Shown here: one piece after another, positions 11,296-24,543 of the stretch
Layout: each line of letters begins with the position of its first letter
Position numbering within the stretch: the first letter of the stretch is position 1
Assembly: GCA_951406725.2 (NCBI GenBank)
Contig: OX597822.1
Span: forward strand, 58,528,001-58,592,000
Direction: 5' to 3'
DNA from: Octopus vulgaris
Lineage: Eukaryota
DNA: 64,000 nucleotides
The notes under the pieces: generated by a model
What the model saw: only the letters and a program-made list of their open reading frames with translations
The model's database searches: none
What the model was told of the DNA's origin: nothing
Translations under genes and position numbers: made by a program

Positions 11296-11759
11296 TTAGT
11301 GGGCCGGCGGGGTTGGAATTACACAAAATGCCATTGGGATACCCTTTTATTTTTGCGCATTTCCGCACTATCCATAAAGTAATATTTGTTGAATCTTGTA
11401 TAAATGTGTGAGGGCATGATACAAAACAAGAAACTTAGCCCTTCTTTTTATAGTTTTATAAATTGTACTAAATAAAACTAAATATAAAATAAATATAAAA
11501 TAAATATTAAATATAAAATAAAACGAAATTATTTAGTATATCGATTCATACTAGTACAAATACAAGTACAAAGTACACAGCAACACAACTACGCAGAGGC
11601 AGCCATGGTTCAAACAAGAACAAGAATAGCAAGCGTTATTAAAAGAGAAAAGAAGCATGGTCATTCTTTATCCTTATCGCCCATCACTTGTTATGCCCTC
11701 ATAAATTAGTTTGATGGTTGAGCTCTGATTGGCCGTATGCAAATGAGTTCATAACTGGG

Positions 11760-11868
11760 GTCTAGAACTCGTGCGAAAAACATTTCGTCTCCCTCTCGGA
11801 CCAGGAATCGAAACCACAATCTTACGATAATGAGTCCAGCATCCTAACCACTAAATCATGCACCTTCA
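11760..11868 (-). mobile_element. Decayed tRNA-derived SINE head (S3-like)
   Basis: Minus strand TAGTGGTTAGGATGCTGGACTC..GGTTTCGATTCCTGG (A/B boxes). Confidence 0.5.
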
Positions 11869-12379
11869 TTATATTAAACCACATCTATATACAAATATGG
11901 TCGTCACACACCTACATGAGCCTTACATGCTTCATACTTATCTAAATCTCATTTAAATTATACGAAACATAAACTGCAGCCTTTCTTTATATCATCCTGA
12001 AAAATGGAAAAGGATTCTATGCAATGGGGCAGACAAATCCTGTAAAATGATCATAATTAATCACTCAGGTTTCAATGTAATCCCTGGTCAGTCCTGGCCC
12101 AACAAGTACACCAATGATCATTCCTGCTGCGGTCATCCTATCTTTTATTCAGAAGTGATAAACTCATCTCGAACTACAATTATCTAATGTATCATTCCCT
12201 TTTTTAAGCTAGTATATAATGTGAGTGGAAGGAAATTGGCTGCTGTATACAGTAGACAACTATTCAGAAGTATACGGTGGCTGTGGTGGGGATTCTTTCG
12301 TTAATTATTATGCTATTTAGGTAGAGACATGTGTCCACAGGTGTTCTCTTGACAATATGACTGTCCTTTTCCTCTAACT

Positions 12380-13600
12380 CGATAACATAAAGTACCAATT
12401 ATGACAGGAGTCGATGGTTGCCACTAACTCCTCTCCACTCAAATTTCAGGCCTTGTGCCAAAGTTAAAACCATTTTAAGGGTGGCGTGCTGGTAGAATCG
12501 TTACAGCATCGGATAGCGGCGTTTCTTTTGACACATGATGTTCTGAATTCAAATATGGCCATGGTAAACTCAATGGTATAATTTAACCTCTCCTAAAATT
12601 GCTGGCCTCGTGCTAAAATCTGGAATCACTAAGGCGGCGAATCGTTACCGTGTCGGATAAAATGCTTAGGCGCGTCTCTTTCGGCTCTTCACATTGTGAA
12701 TTCAGGTCCCGTCGATGTCAGGTTTGCCTTTTCATTATTTCGGCGTCCATAAGATAAAATACCGACGAACTGAAGAATCTACTTCCCCATCCCCTCAAAA
12801 CTACTCGTCGTCGTTGTCCTCTTCCTCTCCCTACCCTCCTCCTCCTTCTCCTCCTCTTCCTCCTCCTTTCTCATCATCATCATCGAGATGGCAAGCTGGC
12901 AGCACGCTGAGCGAAATGCTTAGCGGTATTTTGTCAGCCGCTACGTTCCGAGTTCAAATTCCGCCGAGGTCGGCTTTGCCTTTCATCCTTTCGGGGTTGA
13001 TTAAATAAGTACCAGTTACGCACTGGGGTCGATATAATCATCTTAATCCCTTTGTCTGTCCTTGTTTGTCCTCTCTGTGTTTAGCCCCTTGTGGGTAGTA
13101 AAGAAATAGGTATTTCGTCTGCCGTTACGTTCTGAGTTCAAATTCCGCGGAGGTCGACTTTGCCTTTCAACCTTTCGGGGTCGATAAATTAAGTACCAGT
13201 TGCGTACTGGTGTGGTTCCCCCAAAATTTCAGGCTTTGTGCCTATAGTAAAAAGGAATATTATTATTATTATTACAATCGTTAGCACGCCGGTCAAAAAG
13301 TTTAGAAACATTTTGACCTGCCGAGGTCAACTTAGCCTTTCATTCTTTTAGGGTCGATAAAATTAGTACCACTTGAACACCAGGATCGATGTAATCGACT
13401 TATCTATTCTCTCGAAATTGCTGGCCTTGTGTCAAAATTTGAAACCAATATAAGTCGACGAGCTGGCAGAATCGTTAGCATGCCGGGCAAAATGCTTAGC
13501 GGCATTTCACCCATCTTTATGTTCTGAGTTCAAATTCCGCCGAGATTGATTTTGCCTTTCATCGTTTTGGGGGTTGATAAATAAGTACCATTTGAGCCAT
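12380..13600 (+). mobile_element. Cluster of about 6 SINE S2 copies
   Basis: Recurrent GAGCTGGCAGAATCGTTAGC..GAGTTCAAATTCCGCCGAGGTCGACTTTGCCTTTCATCCTTTCGGGGTCGAT. Confidence 0.85.
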
Positions 13601-14163
13601 GTCTAATGCAGTTCACTTCTCAAGAAAAGTTTGAGCAAACCTGAACTACAGTGATGATATCGAATCTTATCTCCTCACAGAAGAATAAAACCTCAAACTA
13701 GCGTCTCCAACTTACCTAGGCAGGTGCATTCCAAGGAGTTTGTGTATGGGTGGCCGGACAACACTGTATAATTAACAAGTGATGGTCGGCAAATCTCTCC
13801 TTACACACACTCTCCCTATCATTTCTCCCGTCTCTTTCCCCCACCTCTCATTCTCTCACTCCCTCTATGTGTGTTTAACTACCATATTTCTTTTCTTGTC
13901 TTTCTCTCCTCTTGTCAGAGTTATACAAATTCACCAATTTTTGTACACACACACACACACACACACACGAACATACACTCACAAACGCACTTGCGTGCGA
14001 GAACACAGACGCATGCACGTTGAAGACATAGAGAAGCACACATTCTCAAGCACATACGTATTGTAACACAAACATCAGGAAGAATGGAAAGACAAAGAAT
14101 GGAATAGAAGAGAATGTAAGAGAAAAGAGGAATATGCGTATCTTTGAAAAACAGAGTACGTGG

Positions 14164-14215
<52 letters not shown>

Positions 14216-14506
14216 ATTAAAGTATATTCATATTGAGGCCCTCTCCCACATATATATATGTATGCATATGTATACACATTCGTATGTATTATGCATGAAG
14301 ATGTGTGTCTAATGTGTATATATATATACATACGTACATACATACATACATACATACATGCATACATACATACATATATACCTTCATACATACATATGTG
14401 CATATATAGGCCTGCATGTACATATATATATACACACAAACTCACAATATATGTGTATGCATATGCATGTATATACTCCCATATACTTGCATATATATTT
14501 ATATAA

Positions 14507-14586
<80 letters not shown>

Positions 14587-14890
14587 ATATATATATAAAT
14601 TAGAAAAAAACACCTTTTATCAATTCAAAATAAAAAATTAAATTACACTGTCTAGAAAATTACACATAATAGAAATATTAAATATAAAATAACAATAATA
14701 TGGTTTTTTTTCTAATTTATATATATATTATATTTTGTGAAATTTGATTTGGTATTTCTAAATTGAATTTTTCCCTGTAAGTTAGGAATAATATTCCCTC
14801 AAATTATATATATATATATATATATCAATATTATATATATATATATATATATTATGATATAATATAATATATATATAAATATTATATATA

Positions 14891-15127
14891 TGTAAATATA
14901 ATATGTAACAATTATTCAGTAGCCATGATAAAACTCCGAGTTTCGAATGTCGGGGCTGAAACCCACGTCGGCATCTCTTCGTTGGCTCGATAACTGAAGA
15001 GATACCGGCGTGGGTTTTACCATGGCTACAGAATAATTGTTACATATTATATTTACAGATAAATTCCTCTATTTACATGATATCGAGGTCTCTTTCATTC
15101 TTTTGTTGTCTTTCCATTTTATCAATA

Positions 15128-15130
<3 letters not shown>
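14891..15130. mobile_element. Fold-back pLTR-like element with two partial type I HHRs head-to-head
   Basis: 14891-15057 is an interrupted palindrome. The - strand has GAAGAGATGCCG..CGACATTCGAAACTCGGAGTTTTATC; the + strand has GATAACTGAAGAGATACCG. Confidence 0.65.
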
Positions 15131-15166
<36 letters not shown>

Positions 15167-15197
15167 TTAAATATGAATATATACATATGTATGAATG

Positions 15198-15259
<62 letters not shown>

Positions 15260-15264
<5 letters not shown>

Positions 15265-15445
15265 GTTTGTGTTTGTCCCCACTACTATCGCTTGGCAATC
15301 GATGTCGGTACGTTTACGTCCCCGCAACTTAGCGGTTCGGCAAAATAAGTACTAGGCTTACAAAGAATATGTCCTGGAGTCGATTAGTTTGACTAAAGGC
15401 GGAGCTCCAGCATGGCCGCACTCAAATGACTGAAACAAGTAAGTC
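15260..15445 (+). mobile_element. SINE S1 3' half
   Basis: TTTACGTCCCCG..GGTTCGGCAAAA..CAGCATGGCCGCA..GACTGAAACAAGTAA. Confidence 0.8.
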
Positions 15446-15451
15446 TGTATC

Positions 15452-15490
<39 letters not shown>

Positions 15491-15539
15491 GCTTGTATGT
15501 ATATAGACGCATATACGCTTGTATGTGTGTGTGTGTGTG

Positions 15540-15615
<76 letters not shown>

Positions 15616-16400
15616 CGTATGTATGTATGTATGTACGTATGTATGTATATGTGTCTATATCTTCACACTGCATACACCTAATCTCTTCTCTGTGTCGGTA
15701 GGTATAAAAGAGTGCTAGATAGAAAGGCTGTCAAGAAACATTTGTCGGTGAATTTACTACGACACGACTCGCGTCTGTTGTGGGACGGAGGCTTTTACCT
15801 GAATAGGACAATTGTATTCCACCAGTGAGATAAAGGGCGGAGGTGGGTGGGGTGGATGGGAGTTAAGGCTGAACAATTTATGAAAAAGAAAAAGAAAAAA
15901 AGAAAAAAGAAAGAACATCTCCCTGCTCCATCATCGTCCCACAACATATAAATAGATGAATAAATGAAATGAAATATAAGAAAGGTGATGGAGCGAAAAA
16001 AGAAGAAGAAAATCCTCGATAGAAAGCGAAACGATAGTAAGGTACCCATGTATGTATGTATGTATGTATGTATGTATGTATGTATGTATGTATGTATGTA
16101 TGTATGTATGTATGTATGTATGTATGGATGTATGTATGTATGTATGTATGTATGTATGGATGGATGGATGGATGGATGGATGGATGGATGGATGGATGGA
16201 TGGATGTAAACATGTATGGCTATGTGTGTGATTATGTGTGTTTGTATGTGTATGTGTGTGTGTTTGTGTGTGAGAGAGAGTGAGAGAGTACATGTGTGTG
16301 TGTGTGTGTGTGTGAGTGTCTTTATACACACGTACATACACACTTTCCAAAAGTGTGCTTCTGGTTTATATAAATATTTAAAGTTGAAAGTGTGCGTGTG

Positions 16401-16457
<57 letters not shown>

Positions 16458-16521
16458 CTCCATTTTCTCATTTTGTATATATATATGTGTGTGTGTGTGT
16501 GTGGGTGGGTGTGTATACACA

Positions 16522-16559
<38 letters not shown>

Positions 16560-16586
16560 CACACATAAATATATATATATATATAT

Positions 16587-16617
<31 letters not shown>

Positions 16618-18173
16618 CACACACACACACACATATATATATATTTATATACATATATATATATATATATATATACATACACACACAGATACACACACAT
16701 ATATATATATGTCTGTTATTGTTCATACAAACGGGTGTATATGGGCATGTGATTAATACTTATAGGTAAGCAAAGGGAGGAGTTTCCCTTTCGATGGATG
16801 TTCAAATGTTCAGCTGGTCTAACATCCCCTCCTCCGCCACATATACAGACGTAATAGTTGAAGTATAGGTTTGCCACGTGATCCTACGTGCCGTTCCCCA
16901 TCCCTTCTTTGTACTCTTGCATTATTGTGTGTTCATCATTTAAAGAATAGTCTTTAGTTATTCCCCAGGGATGCAATCTGCTACCTGCTTTTCCATTCCC
17001 TGATTTTTGCCAGTTCGCTTCACATATATCGTCTATAACCCTTTCTTTTATGCACTTTTATAATGCAAAAAAAAAAACAAACAAAAAATAAAACAAAAAA
17101 AACGTACTGGTCGCTTAGTCAGAAGTTCTACTAAATACGTACCAGCTGTGTACCATGACGATCTGGTATTGAGAACTGCATCGAGAACTGGACACTCTCA
17201 GACAGAAGTCACAGGTAGAGAATCTTGGAACAACGAACAGATCAAGCAGATGTATGATCGAAGGCGTTCCACCTGTGACCATCCTATCTCTTTGAGGAGG
17301 ATATGGGATTAAATCCTTTCATGTATTCTTCTCATTTTTAAAACAACAGGGTCTGATTTAGTTGCTGTTTTTGCCCGCTTGAGTCACTTCGCCGAAATTT
17401 TCTTCCACGGTCGGTGTTCCCGAGCATGGTCCGTTTTATCTAGGTCAGACTAATTAGTAACTTATCAGTCACTGATTACTGTATGTAAACCAATCAGGCG
17501 TGACTGCATCGGGTGTAGGGTGAGGTATTGAATGTTCTAAATTAGATCAGGTTCATAATTCAACAAAGCATCTCATAAAATGAGTGACCTATCCATGTAG
17601 AGGTAGTCGAATTGTTTGATAGTTCAATAGGAACTTTGTGTCAAGTATTATGAAATAACTTCCAGGAATGGCTTACTAGAGACAGTTTCAATATAACAAT
17701 ACACTCGAGTCGACGAGGGAGCTTCTACTTGCTAAAATAGCAACCAAATGTCCCTCAAATCACACGTTACTTATTAAAAAAAGAAAAGCATTGCATAATC
17801 TAATCCTACGTATATTATGAGATAAAAGACTAGAATGCCTTCGAACTCCTTTTACTAACCCTATGTACAAAACTCAATGTATAAGTCCCCTCCTACACCT
17901 GGATAGTGTTGCTTCCTCTCACACAGACATCCTAAACCGCATTCAAAGATAGAAAAACCAAACGACTGATCAATATGAGGTTGTTCACTGATACACTCCA
18001 GTGTTTGACTCGCAGATGATGTCTTTACGTCCAATTCTTTCTTCTTAGAAAGTCAACCGCTAGAGTTTCTTCAATTACTATGTTTTTTCTGCCTCTTTTG
18101 AGAACACACATCCTTTCGAGCTCATCCGTCTATGACGGCAGTGACGTACATGGCTACATATTATTACTCGAGG

Positions 18174-18560
18174 CAGTGTTTCACAAAGTAGGTTCCATAA
18201 AAAAAAAAAAATTCTGGCGCTCCACGAGAATAGAAGTGTCTTTTAATAAAATTTAATTTAAATGTATTTTGTAGAAAACATGGTATTTACTCTTCCAGAA
18301 TAATAAGTTATTTGTAGATAATGTCACACATAGTAGCGTTGAACAAAATATAATTACAATAATATCATATTTAAAAGGTTCAAGTGCATTCGGACATGAG
18401 AATGCCTTTTGCTGCGGAAATAGATCCGGAAGAAAATTTTTGTCATAGACATGTGGTATAATACATGTTAAACTGTGAATGGCGTTTCTGCATTCTACAA
18501 ACACTAGACCTCTCATTCACAACTCGATAAGAAAGAAATTATTTTGTATTAACCCTTTCA
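18174..18560 (-). mobile_element. Possible old hAT (Charlie-like) element end
   Basis: TIR-like CAGTGTTTCACAAAGT at 18174; the interior is too decayed to confirm. Confidence 0.35.
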
Positions 18561-18697
18561 TTCCTCTTTTACTCTATTGGTAAAATTATTTTTTATTAAA
18601 ACAGCACACGGTACCTTTTTTGATGTGAGTGAAGCCTTGGATTATTGTCGCAGCGGAAGGTTTTCTCACTTCCGAATGCACTCGAAGGGCTTTAAAC

Positions 18698-18964
18698 TAG
18701 TGGTTCTCAACCATTTTTTTAACCCATGGAGCCTTTTCATTCCTATTTTACTCTATTGGTTCCTTATAGCCGTTCGATATTTAAACAAATCATACTACAT
18801 TTTTATAATTAAACATTATTAGGTATTGTATAAAAAAAAAACAATTGTCAAAGTTAGAATCTTTCTATATTCTAGAAGTATAACCAATATATTCCACATA
18901 AATTAAAAGAAAAAAACTTTATCTAGACCGCCAGGCGTCATATGGACAAGGATGAGAACCACTG
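18698..18964. mobile_element. hAT MITE (same family as 1687-3670)
   Basis: TIRs TAGTGGTTCTCAACC / GGATGAGAACCACTG; decayed TSD CTTTAAAC/GTCTAATC. Confidence 0.7.
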
Positions 18965-19201
18965 GTCTAATCGAAACTGATTTTTATGAATTTTTATTGA
19001 GTAATTTCCTTTTCGAAAAAATTTGCGTTGGTTTCAAAACATATCGGCACAGGAGTTTGCGAAAATCTTCGAAGGATTTCGCTAGAAAATGAATTCGGGC
19101 ACCCTTGCGCTATACTAAAACATAAGTAAAAAAAAAAAAAAGTGAACCGAACTATGAGTGCATGCGCGCGCGTGTGTATGTGTGTGTGGTTCAAAGCAGT
19201 T

Positions 19202-19316
19202 TAATTTAAATTCGTTGGTACTCCGAGATTCAAGCGTGATGCTAGTCTTCAGCCATTTTGAATTTGAATGAAAGAAGTTGATTGTTATTAATGTATGGTG
19301 GGCTGTGATTAGTCGT

Positions 19317-19353
<37 letters not shown>

Positions 19354-19575
19354 CAATTGGAGCGTGGAATGTGTTTATGAGCCATTTAAGAAACACAAGA
19401 ACCGTTAGAATCATTTCAACATTTAAATTTAATTTGCCAAAATATTTTAGTCGCTTTGAGACAGCGACCCGTTCACTGACAAAATTCCGTGCTGCATCTG
19501 AATTTTTATTCAAATTCAAAATGGCTGGAGACTAGCATCACGCTCGAATTTCGGAGTACCAACGAATTTAAATTA
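19202..19575. mobile_element. Element with ~72-bp inverted arms carrying a decayed G3-C8 HHR (19433-19483, -)
   Basis: 19202-19273 is the reverse complement of 19504-19575; 19353-19500 is homologous to 30252-30400. Confidence 0.65.
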
Positions 19576-19682
19576 CAGCCGCAGCAGGAGATGTATTAGG
19601 ACATGAAATGTAAAAGCCGGACTAGATTATTTTATGCGCAACTCCATTGTCTACCGAGACAAAAGGATGCCATCAACAACAT

Positions 19683-19727
<45 letters not shown>

Positions 19728-19874
19728 AAAGAAAGGGTGTGAACCAAAGCAGAAACTAATGTTCATGAACAGGTTGATAACCTGATATTTCTTTCTCTCT
19801 CTTTTTTCTTCTTAAATTACAATCCGTGGAATTGAGTCGAACAAGTTATCTGTAACATATACATATATATATAT

Positions 19875-20380
19875 ATACGACGAGCTTCTTTCAGTTTCCG
19901 TCTATCAAATCCACTCACAAGGCTTTGCTTGGCCTGAGGCTATAGTAGGTAACACTTGTCCAAGGTGCCACGCAGTGGGACTGAACCCGGAACCATGTGG
20001 CTGGTTAGCAAGCTGCTTACCACGCAGCCACTCCTGCGCCTATATGTACATGTAGTTGATAGCTCTTTGCTTCTCAACCAGATCGTTCTGTGTTCAGTCC
20101 TACTGCGTGGCACCTTGGACAAGTGTTTTCTACTATAGCCTGGGGCCAACCAATGCTTTGAGAGTGACGGAAACTGAAAGAAGCTCGTCGTATATGCATA
20201 TGTGTGTGTGTGTGTGTGTTACGGGGACACTGCTTGTCCTAGGAACTTAGCGGATCGGCAAAAGAGAACGATATAAAAATGAAAATCGTGGTCGATTCAT
20301 TTGACTGAAAATACTTCAATGTTGTGTCCCAATGTGGTCATAGTCTTACAACTGAAACCAGTAAAATATAAAAGAAAGAT
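19875..20380. mobile_element. Two SINE S1 copies head-to-head (19875-20040 on -, ~20050-20380 on +)
   Basis: Match to the S1 copies elsewhere in the window. Confidence 0.75.
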
Positions 20381-20993
20381 ATGTAAATTCGTGCAATAGA
20401 AGCTGTAAGAGATTAAAATAACCATCTGTGTAATACACCTAATCCAAATACGTCCAAAAGATCAAATCACCAGCGTTATTTGTTCGGAGATAATATCTCT
20501 CAGGGACTTACTTTATGTAAAAACGGATACTTTATGTTTAAAAACCCATATGTATTAGTATCAGAAGAAAATCGTCGAAGAGATGTGGTGAGAAGCCCAT
20601 TTCTGCTTTGTCAGTAGTCTGTACAAACTGGCAGCCGTCGGCAGAGACAAAATCCGTCGCCACTGATATAGGATAATATTGATAGTAATACCGGTGAGTT
20701 TTTAGTCATTATTAAGTAAAAGTGAATACGTGCTACTGACAAAATCTAATAAGTCCGGAATTAGTATCTTGCGTTCTCATCACCACTGCTAAACGATTTA
20801 TGACTGATACTTATATATTTGTGTTTTGAACACAGTACGTCCATAAGAGATATCATCTCCGGACGAATGCCGCAGTTAATTTGGCGTTCCCGATATGTGT
20901 GCATTTAAGTATGATACATGCGCGCGCGCACACACATATTTATATATACACACATATGTATACATGCGTATATGCGTGTATATACATATATAT

Positions 20994-21202
20994 AACGGGA
21001 AGGTTTACGAAAATAAACAAAAGACGAAGGCAGGTGGAGTACAAACAAACAATGTATTAGTATGGCGCTCAGGAATAGAAATAAAACAAGTCTTTTACGT
21101 TTCGAGCCTACGCTCTTCGACAGAAAGATACACAGAAAAAAACAAGGAGAGAAACAAGGAGAGAAAAAAATTGCGTGTAGGGGCTAACGATCCAACATGG
21201 CG
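20994..21202 (-). mobile_element. ~210-bp pLTR-like non-coding element (second copy 63325-63536)
   Basis: The two copies are near-identical with the same ends and sit next to (TA)n; each contains a minimal HHR. Confidence 0.8.
21091..21128 (-). ncRNA. Minimal type I HHR, core variant CUGUCGA
   Basis: UCUUU-CUGUCGA-A-GAGC-GUAG-GCUC-GAA-ACGU-A-AAAGA: 5-bp stem I, 4-bp stem II, palindromic ACGU stem III. Confidence 0.65.
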
Positions 21203-21249
<47 letters not shown>

Positions 21250-21323
21250 CATATATGTATGCCGACATACATATGTGTATATATTCAAATTTACAATTAC
21301 ATCCATGTATATGTTCGGCTGAG

Positions 21324-21421
<98 letters not shown>

Positions 21422-21423
21422 TA

Positions 21424-21487
<64 letters not shown>

Positions 21488-22086
21488 AATATATATATGT
21501 ATATATATATAATACATACATACACATATCTAAGTATGTATCTGTTCGACTCTGTGTGTGTGTGTATACGTACATTCGATTTCCCCTCCTCTTCTCTCTA
21601 TCTTATTCTGTTAGCCATCCATATTGCTTTCTTCATCTATTCCATACGCCCTTTTCTCTCATACCTGCCCTCTATGCCTGCCTGCCTCCATCTAACCGTC
21701 CTTCTTTCCATCCTTACTTACCTCCTTCTCTTCAATTCATCTGATTGTCGTCTGTTTGTAGGCTTGAATTGTTTGTCGCACACAAGAAGAAAAAAAGAAA
21801 AGAAAAGAAAAAAACGGAAAACAACTATCTAAAGCAAAACCCCAAAAAAAGTTTTATCTGTCCACCTGTCAGACTGCGTGTCGTCTACCCAGTTTCTCTG
21901 TTTCTTTCACTATGACTATCTCAATTACTCCATCTCTATGAATAAGTTTTACAATGTACAGTCAATTACCGTAGGTACTGAGTACCGGCGTTCTGAAAGC
22001 GTTTCAAAGCGATCCCTCGCGTACGCTCGCCCCAATGGTTTCATTCAAATTGCCAAAATACGGTTGGGCTAGAAAGAAAGAAGGAG

Positions 22087-22134
<48 letters not shown>

Positions 22135-22749
22135 TACATACATACATATATATATATATATATTTGTAGCCAGAATTGAAGAAATACAGTGGTGTATATA
22201 TACTAACTACCACAGTACCGTCAATATTCCTTGAGATACAAAATTGAAAGAGTTGAAATGTCTTCACTGGCGACATCCCTATATTGGTGGTGGTCGTAGA
22301 GGTAGTGGTTGTGGTGGTGGTGGTGGTGGTGGGGAGTGGGGAGTGGATCCATTGTCACATCTTCTGAAAGGGTCGTATTACAGGAGCTACTTTTCTGCTA
22401 AATTGCTAACTAACCCAACCCGTTTAACAGTAGTACTGCAGGTGAAATCAAACCAAACTGGATGCTCTATCAGGCGATTTGGGTTTTTTTACTTGAATAA
22501 GGAAGATGAAGATAAAGATAAAATATTGGCCGACAAGAATATATAAGATTTGTTCCGAGTTTTCACGCTGTGCTTGTGAGTGTGTGTGTGTGTTACAAAA
22601 AATTGAAATAACATTACATTGAAAGTCTTCTAATTTTTGCGAATTGTGGGTTTTCCTCTACATTAAAAAATTTGGTTTATTTTCTGCGTGACAATAGATG
22701 AGTTCAATTCGTTCAGTTTATATGAGGGATGTTATGTTATCTTCTAAGT

Positions 22750-22914
22750 CTGTGGTTCCCGTCCTGTGGTCCGTGGACCCCTGGTGGTCCACAAAGGTAG
22801 TACTGAGGGTCCGTGAACATGTTAAGCTGACAGACCTTTCAATATCCTGGGGTCCGTGAGAAAACTCATTTAAATAAAACGGGTCCTTGGTAGCGAAAAG
22901 GTTGGGAACTACTG
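22750..22914. mobile_element. hAT MITE
   Basis: TIRs CTGTGGTTCCC / GGGAACTACTG; perfect TSD TTCTAAGT at 22742-22749 and 22915-22922; related to the partial copy starting at 1923. Confidence 0.85.
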
Positions 22915-22989
22915 TTCTAAGTATAGGGGTCAGTGTGTGTGTGTCTGGGAAGGTGTGTGGTTTGACATGCGTTGGTTTGTGGTTTGACA

Positions 22990-23470
22990 TGCGTTAGTTT
23001 GTTTACAGTCCCATTACCTAGTAGTTCGGCAAAAGAGCCATTGGAATAAGTACCAAACTTAAAAAAGAAAAGGACTGAAATCGAGTTGTTTGATTAAAAG
23101 GTTCTCAACTGGGGTCCATATAAGCTTTTGGTGCTAAACTTCTTATCTGCAATGAATCAGTTATCTTCAAGGTAGCGTGTTAGTACACATACATATGTAC
23201 ATACATGCATACATGTGTGTGTGTGTTTAAAACTGGAGTCGATGTAATCGACTTATCTCCTCCTTGGAAACTTGCTGGCCTTGTGCCAAAATTTGAAAAC
23301 ACTATTTAATTATAAAAACATGATATGATTTTTTAAAACATCAAATGTCTAGGAGGGTGCATGTGAGTAAAATAGGAGTCAACGGGGTCCATAGACAAAA
23401 AAATAGTTGAGAAACACTAAACAAGGCAGTGCCTCAGTATGGCTGCAGATCAAAGACTGATAAAAGATAA
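22990..23470 (+). mobile_element. SINE S1 3' half interrupted by a hAT MITE (~23097-23420)
   Basis: S1 motifs on both sides; GGTTCTCAACTGGGGTCC..GGGGTCCATAG..GTTGAGAAACACT inside. Confidence 0.6.
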
Positions 23471-23869
23471 GCGCGCGCGCACACATACACACACATGTCT
23501 GCATGTATGTACATATGTATGTGTACTAACACGGTACCTTGAAGATAGTGTACAGCACTTGACACTGTCTTATATTTCTTTGTGTACTTTTGCGTTGCGC
23601 TGCTTTTTTTAACCCCGACGTCGTCACTAAATGACCATACTTATAACCAAAGTCATATTGTTCAACCAGGCACAGTACTCTGAAAAGCACATTATCCAAA
23701 TGCGTCGTTATTTTGAGGAAGGTAGGGTGTAATTTGAGCGGGGTATGACTCTTCTTTGCAACAAACAAAAGACGGACAGACAGACACACACACACACGCG
23801 CAGATCACTGTTATCCCTTCATACCCACGCCTAAAGCCTATTTCTTCCTCTCCTGGTCATATTAGCATG

Positions 23870-24030
23870 CACTGACCATCTGATTGAGACAAGCTCGTTC
23901 TTTTTCCTTATTTCTCGCTCCCTTCATCTATCCTTTCCCTAGAAGAGCGTAGGCTCGGAACATTAAAGATATCTAATTTTCCTGTGTACCACCTAACATT
24001 TGTTTTGTATACTTCATCTTCATAGGTTAA
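23870..24030 (+). mobile_element. Decayed relative of the 20994-21202 element with a damaged HHR (~23930-23970)
   Basis: CCTTT-CCCTAGA-A-GAGC-GTAG-GCTC-GGAACATT-AAAGA. Confidence 0.5.
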
Positions 24031-24527
24031 AAATTTTTTTTTTCTACCATATATAGACAAATAGATAGATAAATAGATAGACAGAGGCATACATACATAC
24101 ACATTTATAAATACATATATATGTACACGTATACGGATATAAATGTGATACGTATATACTCTACAAACGATAATGAAATGGTGTATTATTTATGCGCGAG
24201 GACTTAAACATCCAAATGTGAAACTGCTGTATACTTAGCAAAAAAAAAAAAAACCCAGAAAACAAACGAACTTATAACGAAATAAAAAGCTTCACTAATG
24301 AGATTTAATTGACGTAAATTTAACTAATTGCTTAATGAAAGTTTTCTAAGTCGCTTGTAAACAATGGCGTGTATCACTTCGCAGATTAAATTTAAGTGAA
24401 ACGTATAGGTATGTGTATTTATAGAACAAGAAAAATGACGCTATACACGTATTACAAAGAAATACGAATTTTATTTGAGTGACAAATTTAGAAACAAAGC
24501 GATAAGACACGCGTGTGTTCAAAGGGA

Positions 24528-24543
24528 GCGGAAGTGACGTCAG
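24528..24543 (+). promoter_or_regulatory. Overlapping ETS-CRE composite site in a unique CpG-containing block
   Basis: GCGGAAGTGACGTCAG = ETS CGGAAGT overlapping the palindromic CRE TGACGTCA. Confidence 0.4.

Noticed and set aside
11722-11752. CCAAT (reverse) plus octamer ATGCAAAT
   Set aside because: Short motifs next to a decayed SINE, and expected by chance in 64 kb.
15799-15868. Minus-strand exon candidate after a long pyrimidine tract
   Set aside because: The tract is simple-sequence, the donor is weak and the peptide is not recognisable.
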